From assembly GCF_006345805.1 (NCBI RefSeq), contig NC_042997.1, forward strand, positions 139,066,001 through 139,130,000: DNA of 64,000 bases, read 5' to 3'. The notes under the pieces are model-generated. The model was not told where the DNA came from. It was given only the letters and a program-made list of their open reading frames with translations, and ran no database searches. The DNA comes from Octopus sinensis (lineage: Eukaryota). Below are positions 53,421 to 64,000 of the stretch, in pieces; the stretch's first letter is position 1; each line of letters starts with the position of its first letter. Made by a program: the position numbers and the translations under genes.

Positions 53421-55076
53421 TGTGTGACTTTGTGCCAAAGTAATAAACTTATATTACAGTTGTTTATCCCTTACCTTAAACATGTGGTAGTTCTTATTGT
53501 CGAATTGACACATTTTACATAAACTCAAGTTAAATAATGCGTTATTTCAAGGGTGGTGTACCGTCTACGGTAGTATATAATGTTTCTAGCTACTACATTT
53601 AATTCTCAATATAAGTAATATATTTCAGAGCAAAAGTCAGGAATACTATATAATTAACTAGTGCTTCATTAGCCTGTAGTGTTAAAGGAGGTCGTTGTTC
53701 GAGCTGAGGTCTCAACTAGTTTTATCATCAAACTTGGATCTTCGTTCTGACTATGGACTGGCTGAGATACGATGTCAACAATAATCTTCCTCTGTTACCA
53801 AGGAACAACGAAAGAGATCTTTCGCTGTCTCATCGTTCTGACATTTAAACTGAGCCCTTAATTTTCAATGTGTCGTTGTGTCGATATCGAAAGTATGGCT
53901 TTCATTTAATACGCCAGAATAAAACAGCCTGGTGGAGCCGGTCTTATTATTGAGTATTTTATTCGTACTTTGAATTGTAGACTATTAATTAAGTTATACA
54001 TAACCAAAATTGTAGTGTAAAGTCGAGTCACGTTTAAGTAATATCATTTCCCCTACCCTTTAGTACTTGCAATTTATAGCTGTAAAGATTAGTTTGGATA
54101 AGAGATCGGCTCCAGCGGACCAACTAACACTTGATAATCGTTTGCATAAGACCAAATACCACCACTGTCGATATATTTTATGGCTACCGGAAAGTAATGT
54201 CACATTTCATACAATGAATTCAAATCAACATAAAACAATATAGATATATTAATTCATTCAAAATATAGTCATTATCATTAAGAATAACATTTCCCCACCT
54301 CGAAAAATGTTTTTTGGGTCTTCAGGAGGGAAAAAATCAGGCTGTTTAGAAGGAAAAAATGTTTGGAGTCCCTGCTTCGGAATGTTTTTCTGCTAGTAAA
54401 GTGTTCAAGTGACATGAAAAAGTGAGGTAGAACTTCCCAGCCTAATTCATTTTTCTTTGGTTGTCTTCGCTTAATCCGGCCTTAATTCCCGCGGGAAAGC
54501 TCATGAGATATCCACTTCTTTTTCCTGTACACTTTCTCAATCTGCTTGAGATGATCTTGCACAGTGGACCAAGGTTTATTAAGCCTCCGGAATAAATACC
54601 CGATACTTTGACACGGATCTTTTTGTGGTATGACGCCAGACTATTTGCTTGAAAATACAACGCTTTTCGGCACCCTCTAATATTTTCATCCCTCCGGGTC
54701 AAATATGTAAGTACATGTACCACACAATACTTGATTCAATAAACTGCATTTTTTTAGCTGTGAAAACAGGTTTTTTGTGGTGCCGGACGAAATGAATGCT
54801 TTTCCTAAGTATAGCGAACATGAGGATAAAAAAAATAAAGATTTCATTTCTCTGCCCATGAAGGTGTGCAAGTGAGACCTTGATATCTATTTCATCGTAT
54901 GGTGCATCTTGTACTCTATAAATGTATATTTCAGTCCACCAAAACTGTCACAATTTCACCAATACTACTTATATTATCCTGGTGTCCCGTGTATAATGAG
55001 GCTTATTTTCTGGATGTTGTTTATGTGTAAGACTTAATTTCGCTTATGTACTTGTCTACATATTTTTATTATTCCC

Positions 55077-55482
55077 AAGACAGGAGTGGTTGTGTGGTAA
55101 GTAGCTTGTCTACCGACCACATGGTTCCGGGTTCAGTCCCACTGCGTGGCACCTTGGGCAAGTGTTTTCTACTATAGCCTCGGGCCGACCAAAGCCTTGT
55201 GAGTGGATTTGGTAGACGGAAACTGAAAGAAGCCTGTCGTATATATGTATATATATATAAATATGCGTGTGTGTGTTTGTGTGTCTGTTTGTTCCCTAGC
55301 ATTGCTTGACAACCGATGCTGGTGTGTTTATGTCCCCGTTACTTAGCGGTTCGGCAAAAGAGACCGATAGAATAAGTACTGGGCTTACAAAAAGAATAAG
55401 TCCCGGGGTCGAGTTGCTCGATTAAAGGCGGTGCTCCAGCATGGCCGCAGTCAAATGGCTGAAACAAGTAAAAGAGTAAAGA
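55077..55482 (+). mobile_element. SINE family B, full-length reference copy
   Basis: tRNA-like head (GTGGTTGTGTGGTAAG..GGGTTCAGTCCC), CORE-like CACCTTGGGCAAGTG, internal (TA)/(TG) microsatellite, and 3' tail CAGCATGGCCGCAGTCAAATGGCTGAAACAAGTAAAAGAG. Confidence 0.9.
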
Positions 55483-55489
55483 GTATACC

Positions 55490-55700
55490 TATAATTATGA
55501 ACATTATTCGCATTCAATTCCCAAATTCTGGTTATCTCTATTTCTAGATTTTTATATTTGGATAGCTTCTCCATTATTTTTGAAGATATATTATTGTCTA
55601 TTGGAATTGAAATAGCGATTAATAAACTTTTTCTATCCTCGATAGAATTTGACAATAATATCGAAATGATTTTCTTTAATCTATATGTCTGTATTACTTG
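55490..55700 (-). mobile_element. R4/Dong-type LINE endonuclease fragment
   Basis: LLIAISIPIDNNISSKIMEKLSKYKNLEIEITRIW. Confidence 0.75.
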
Positions 55701-56729
55701 CAAAGTCTTTGGCAATCTGTGGAATGGGCTTTTAATGTATATTTTTGCTGTGACTCCCCTGTGAGTTATTTCATAGGAATAATTTCTGGTGTAAGAAATC
55801 TCCAGTTCACGTATGTGTGTGTATGTATGTATGTATGTATGTATGTATGTATGTATGTATGTATGTATGTATGTATGTATATACCTTTTTTAACTTTTAC
55901 TTGTTTCATTCATTTGATTGCGACCATGCTGTAGCACCACATTGAAGAATTTTAGTCTAATAAACTTATTCGATGACCTTAATTTTTTTTAAAGCCCGGT
56001 GTTCATTCTATCGATCAATTTTATCGAACTGTAAACACACCAACGCCGGTTGTCAAGCGGTAGTGATACGCGTACACGCGCGCGTGTGTGCGTCTGTGTA
56101 TGTGTATGTATAACGAACTCAACGAACACTGAGAAGTTCCTGATGTAGATCCAGTAATACTTATAGCAAAACTGTGGATGACATCAGGTAGCCTAAACAG
56201 TGAAACTGCTTTAATCGGCATTTAAGTATTTAAGTATGTATGTATGTATGTATGTATGTATGTATGTATGTATGTATGTATGTATGTGTGAGTGTATGTA
56301 TGTATGTATGTATGTATGTATGTGTATGTGAGTGTATGTATGTATGTATGTATGTATGTATGTATGTATGTATGTATGTATGTATGTATGTATATGGTAG
56401 AGGTCAACTCGTGACCGAGTGAGAGCACTTCCTAAAGTCTGCAAACTTTCCAAGAGTCCAAGAAGTTCCTGCGCATGAATTTGTTTTGAGTGGATGATGT
56501 GTTGCAAAGCACTGAACTACTTCTCAACACAATCAACTCTAAAACCAGTGGCACAACAGAGAACTGCACTACAATTTTTATTCTTTTCTTTTTATACGAG
56601 TTTATCTTCTCATTGTACGAAGCTCTAACGAGAACTTGGGGTCCTCCACTGGCATTGTTTCACATACTAGTTGACTCATAGCTGGGACTCTAACAGTTGC
56701 TGCTGCTGCTACTACTACTACTACAACTA

Positions 56730-56760
<31 letters not shown>

Positions 56761-56949
56761 GGCTGCTACCACTACTACTACTACTACTGCTACTACTACT
56801 ACTACTACTATAACTACTATTGCTACAACGGGTCAGTGTAGACCCGGGAGTAATAGTCGCTAAGAGGTGGTTCCACATCTCTCAAAAACTCTGGAACTCC
56901 CGAACCAGAACCTCTCTACCGGAAGCACTTTAAAGTCGTACACAGGATA

Positions 56950-56989
56950 TACATACGTACATGCATGCATGCATGCATGCGTACATACA

Positions 56990-57023
<34 letters not shown>

Positions 57024-57369
57024 CATACACACACATACATACACACACTCATACACACACATACACACACACACATACATACATACATACATACATACAT
57101 ACATGTATGCATGCATACGTACATACGTACATGCATGCATACATACACACACATATGCATGTATACATACATACACACATACACACACATATATACATAC
57201 ACACACATACATTCATAAATGCATACATACATATTATACACACACATACATACATACACACACATACATACACACATACATACATACATACATACATACA
57301 TACATACATACATACATACATACATACATACATACATACACACACACATATATACACACATACATACAT

Positions 57370-57400
<31 letters not shown>

Positions 57401-57480
57401 TACATACATACATACATACATACATACATACATACATACATACATACATACATACATACATACATACATACATACATACA
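56950..57480. repeat. (CATA)n/(CA)n microsatellite block; similar (TATG)n tracts at 55812-55880 and 56235-56392
   Basis: Direct reading. Confidence 0.95.
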
Positions 57481-58413
57481 TTAGTGTCTTTGTGCCTCAA
57501 TAATGAAAATCGTTTCATATCAGTTTTGGGAAAGATGAGCTTCTGATTCACCGATCATTTTATTTTATTAATTCCTTTCATGTATTAGCTTTTCTTAACA
57601 TTGCATAATATCCTTTAGAGTTGGGGTACAGTTTTTAGTGTTAATAGATCTTATTGTTTCTTCTCCGGCATCTGTAGGCCTGCATGTTACTTCAACCTCT
57701 ACTTTAATTTGTTTTGCTTGTTTGTTTTTAAGACAGGAATTTTGTTCGTTTCCATTATGTTCTGTAGTTATGTATATCAGTTATCTTTTCTTCTTTATTA
57801 GATCATTTTTAACACATAATACCAAAATAAATATTTTGTAATAATTATCTACTGGCAGAAGACCCCTGCATTCCTGTATTCGTGGAAAATACGATCTTTG
57901 TTGATCGGCTTTTGAGGAGTGCATTTTCTAAATTCTGCCATTAATTTTCTTGTTTTGCTTATTCTCTTAAGTCCTTGTTGAGAATATTATAACTTCTTAA
58001 TGAAACAGCTAGAGTATTGATACTTATTCACTAAATTTAACATTTAACTAAATTTGACATTTAGCTATGATTTAAATATTATTCTAATTCATCTATAATA
58101 TTCTTTCATAACCTTTTCTTGTATTTTTCTGTGTTTTATGTTATATTGTTCATTACTACCTAAGAATATTTAATCCTGTATTTGGTTTAATTATCTCATC
58201 TCTGTTCCTTCAAGTAACAGGATTTAATGGCTTTTATGAATGCTCCCCTCTCTTCTTAAGGTTTCTTTGATATATTACTGCACTTGTATTTCTATTGAGT
58301 TTGATTTATCGTGTTCTTCCGAAGTTTTAACGCCAAGCAGAAAAAAAGTAAGAAAGAAAGAATATTATTAGAAAATTTAACTGATAATAAATATTATAAT
58401 CGTAATATATAAC

Positions 58414-58702
58414 TGGCACTCCGTCGGTTACGACGACGAGGGTTCCAGTTGATCCGATCAACAGATCAGCCTGATCGTGAAATTAACGTGCAAGTGGCTG
58501 AGCACTTCAGTCACACGTACCATTGACGTAGTTCTCAGGGAGATTCAGGGTGACACAGGCTGTGACAAGGCCGGCCCTTTGAAATAAAGGTACTACTCAA
58601 TTTCGCCATGCGGGTGGACTGGAGCAACATCAAATAAAGTGTCTTGCTCAAGGACAGAACTCATGACCGTGAGCCGATTGCCCTAACCACTAATCCACAC
58701 GC
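58414..58702 (-). mobile_element. SINE related to family C, with GTCCTTGAGCAAGACAC central domain
   Basis: Minus strand: tRNA-like head, GTCCTTGAGCAAGACACTTTAT..TTGCTCCAGT central block (also at ~35840-35890), 3' end CGTCGTCGTAACCGACGGAGTGCCA. Confidence 0.7.
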
Positions 58703-59029
58703 TTTCACTATAAAGATAATATTTTTGTAATTGATAATAGATATTTTCTACTTTGATTCTTCAAGCCACCTGAGATCATTTATGTTTCATATCTCTCTAA
58801 GTCCCAAACAAAACTACTTTCACATAAAACTACTTACAACAACTAACTGTTATTTAACAAAACTCTAGTACTCTGCTTCAAAAACAATAAAATCACTGGT
58901 GTAAGTAGAACTGCAATTAACTTTACGGTAAAAACACATAGGGACAGCAACGAAAGAGCGTAAAACAATCATAATATAAATAATGAACATCCCATACCCA
59001 ACCACCGAAGCGGTTGTCCCTTTCCATCC

Positions 59030-59395
59030 ATTACAATCTTCGATAATGAATACTCCTCTGTCGTATCAAGTGTTCCAGAAGGCAATGAAACGTATGAAAG
59101 TAAAAAAAAAGCTCCGGGACCCAATAACATCGCATTCGAATTGCGTCAACATGGCGGACTGCCGCTGCAAACTAAACTCTTCAAGCTGTTTCTAAAGATG
59201 TGGGAGGCACGTCAGGTCGCAAAGGATCTGAAAGATGCCATCATCATCAGTGTGTCCAAGAAAAGAGATAGAAAACCCTGCCGAAACTATCATGGAATCT
59301 CGCAACTTGCATTTGTATAAAAGATATGCGCTCGAATACTCTTGAACCGGCTCCATCTCATCGCGGAAAGAGTTCTTCTAGAATCCCAGTGTAAC
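59030..59395 (+). pseudogene. RTE/BovB-type LINE RT N-terminal fragment
   Basis: [76 protein letters not shown] across a frameshift. Cut off by (GATA)n. Confidence 0.9.
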
Positions 59396-59399
59396 AGAC

Positions 59400-61602
<2,203 letters not shown>

Positions 61603-61844
61603 CGATATTAATATGGATGTATATATTACAACGTTGGTGTTTTTCTATGGCTATTGCTTTTTGAAACTTTGCACATATATCTAATATCATCCCCAAATAA
61701 TGCATGAAAATACTGTTCTCGGTGCTCTCGGCGTATAATGGGGTAGATTCATGAAAAGGGATAGAGAAAAACTGATAGTTTAATCGAGTGGTAGCATAGA
61801 AGGAGTGTTAATGTGTTAACGTGCGTGTGTACATATATATCCAA

Positions 61845-62295
61845 AGGACATAGAAACACTTGCTTCGGATCGATCTGGATCGCGAACAAAAGTGTGGAGT
61901 GGAGTGGAGTAAAAGCGTTTGAAGAGGCCAAGATAATGCATGCAAAACTCAAAAGAGATTTAAGGAAGAATGTTAGATCGAGAAGGTGATACACAATGAC
62001 CTTTTTGTGTGCAGTTTGTGACAGATCATGCCTTTCTTTTGCTGGGCTCAAATTTCATTTGCTAAACCATGGAACAAACCTCCACCAACTATTCTGCCTA
62101 TATATCTGTGCACATCTTTGAATACAATGTATGCCAGAAGGTTTGCAAATCTAAAGGAGGCCTCAAGAGACATTTTAAGATCTAGAAAGATCAGAACTTA
62201 TCTGCAGACCTTGGTGGTCCAAATTGGATATACAATCTATGTGAGTGTCTTTTCAGAACACTGGCTGATTTAAAAGCCACATCAGCTGCCATAAT
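61845..62295 (+). pseudogene. RTE-type LINE ORF C-terminus with three C2H2 zinc fingers (one intact, two decayed)
   Basis: ETLASDRSGSRTKVWSG-VKAFEEAKIMHAKLKRDLRK, then CAVCDRSCLSFAGLKFHLLNH (62008-62070, exact CX2CX12HX3H), YNVCQKVCKSKGGLKRHFKI* (62123-62185) and YNLCECLFRTLADLK/SHISCH (62231-62292). Confidence 0.7.
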
Positions 62296-62354
62296 GGTTC
62301 TAAGGTGCAGGTACAGGAGGTGGTCAAACTCTGCATAAAGTATAGACAACCACC

Positions 62355-62404
<50 letters not shown>

Positions 62405-62514
62405 ATATAATATTAATATATATATATAGATATATATATATAACAGAGTAATCACACAAATGCGAAACAAGGTGTAAAAAAATAGCACTCGAATACCAGA
62501 GGTAGAGTAATGTG

Positions 62515-62672
62515 CTTTATTAAAAAACAGCAACAATGCAACAATATCGCAAAAACAGTTACTCAGATTTTCAAGTTCCCGTTCGTCCGCCAGTTTTGTT
62601 TAGAAACAAAACTGTCCGACGAACGGGAACGTGAAACAGTTTTTGTGATATTTTTGCTGCTTTTTAATAAAG
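62515..62672. repeat. Imperfect fold-back centred at 62602
   Basis: GTTCCCGTTCGTC..CAGTTTTGTTT pairs with AAACAAAACTG..GACGAACGGGAAC. The outer CTTTATTAAAAA.CAGCA arms also pair, with left-arm insertions. Confidence 0.85.
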
Positions 62673-62746
62673 TATATATCAACAACGCGAGGAAGTGGAA
62701 CAAATATAGTATTATTGGACGCTCAGGAAAGAAAGAAAGAAGGAGG

Positions 62747-62781
62747 GTTTAACGTTTCGAGCGGAGCTCTTCGTCGGAAAC
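62747..62781 (-). ncRNA. Variant minimal hammerhead-like motif
   Basis: Minus strand GTTT-CCGACGA-A-GAGC-TCC-GCTC-GAAAC-GTT-AAAC: 4-bp stems I and II, palindromic ACGT stem III, U4-to-C change, extra A, GUU triplet. Confidence 0.45.
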
Positions 62782-63010
62782 ATAGGAGAAGGAAAGATCC
62801 AGAGAAGGAAAGACAGAGGGAAAAAATATATATATACATATATACATACATACATATCTATATACATACACAATTATTTGTAGTTAACCTCGGACCATTT
62901 GTGTGATTTTATATATATATATATATTATATATATATATATAATATATATATATATATACTACAAAATAAGAAAATGGAGAAATATATCTAAATCATTCA
63001 TCATATATAT

Positions 63011-63051
63011 ACTAGCATTATGACCCATCGTTGCCGGGTCATAGTGCTAGT
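63011..63051. repeat. 41-bp palindrome built from two Helentron-type 3' termini
   Basis: ACTAGCATTATGACCC / GGGTCATAGTGCTAGT (15/16 pairing, 9-nt spacer), embedded in TA-rich sequence. Confidence 0.6.
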
Positions 63052-63168
63052 GCATGTATATATGTGTATATATATGTGTAGATATTACATGTACATCTAT
63101 ATATATACATCTGCACATAAAATACAAAATACAAAGTTATATCTTGATATCGCTAGTGATAACAATAC

Positions 63169-63400
63169 TCAAAATATATAACAGACTGGAATTGTAGGCC
63201 CGTCTCTTGCAATTTCGATCAATTGTATCTCGTCCTCCCTCTTGTATAGAAGTGCGGCTACAATCCAGCCTACATCTACTTCTGGGGGGACATTTTTAAT
63301 TTTTATCCGGGACGTCCTACGTCCCAGATATAAAGGTAAAAATAAAATATTTCCACTTTGCAAGGTTTTTTCAAGAAGAACCGAAACATGTAAAATTTCT
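63169..63400 (-). pseudogene. Probable Tx1-type ORF1 fragment
   Basis: YLGRRTSRIKIKNVPPEVDVGWIVAALL resembles the RRM-like part of Tx1/L1 ORF1 and lies next to a Tx1 copy. Confidence 0.45.
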
Positions 63401-63465
63401 AAGAAAATTAAAACTTATCTTATATAGTGGCGTTTTCAAACTTCTTTTTTATAAATATATAAATA

Positions 63466-64000
63466 GATAGATATGTTTCTTTATTAGCCCAACAGGGCTG
63501 CACACAGATAGAACAAATTACAAAGGTTAGAGTTTCTTTTTTTGAAGGTATTAAAAAAAAAAAAAAAAAAAAAAAAGGGGAAGGGGGAGGTTCGATCAAA
63601 AGGGATCGTAAAAAGGAGAGAAAGAGGACAAAAATAAGGGGGGGTTAAAAAAAAAAAAAAAAAAAGGGGGGGGGGGGGGAGAGAGAAAAAAAAATGATCA
63701 ATAGGGATCGTTATCACAGGAAATGTCAATATGAAGTGTAAGGGGGAGGACAGGTGAGGGTTTACCCGTGGAAAGAAAAACCGTGCGGAAAAGACCACGG
63801 TAACCTCGGTCAATGAAGTCACATTTTATATTCTTTTTTTTTTTTTTTTTTTTTGCAAATAAGCAACTCTCTGTTTTCGATTTCTGGGTTCATAGGACTA
63901 TGCTCAAGGTGGCTCGTCATTCATACGTGCCATTCTTGCTACATTCACCCATCTTTTTTAAAACATTCGCTAGACAAAACTTGCCTCTCTACTCTCACTT
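63466..64000 (-). mobile_element. Fourth Tx1-type 3' end of the GATA-tailed family, running off the window edge
   Basis: Same 3' terminus and UTR as 59684-60240, with a short GATA tail. Confidence 0.9.

Noticed and set aside
54442-54723. 93-aa ORF, and a GTAAGT donor at ~54707
   Set aside because: No recognisable domain, and all three plus frames upstream of the donor contain stops.

Overview
AT-rich animal genomic DNA, most likely a coleoid cephalopod such as Octopus (inferred from the SINE families and repeat landscape). I found no host protein-coding exon, rRNA, true tRNA gene or CRISPR array that I can support. Most long ORFs in the track are microsatellite artefacts, and the recognisable protein fragments all come from transposable elements. 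These include R4/Dong-type LINEs (about ten pieces, all on the minus strand, stacked on (TAA)n tracts), Tx1/L1-type LINEs (four 3' ends, three of them stacked on (GATA)n), RTE fragments (one ending in three C2H2 fingers), Penelope-like GIY-YIG relics, an internally deleted Ty3/Gypsy element with a tRNA-Leu PBS, three Tc1 and two mariner elements, Helentron-type non-autonomous elements and three tRNA-derived SINE families (A, B and C are my own labels). The most notable structure is a ~700 bp fold-back at 37243-37943 whose two arms each carry a minimal type I hammerhead ribozyme motif with a compensatory U3:A8 core. It is one of several long palindromes that sit next to, or are centred on, (TA)n tracts. 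Element boundaries are approximate unless a terminal motif is quoted.
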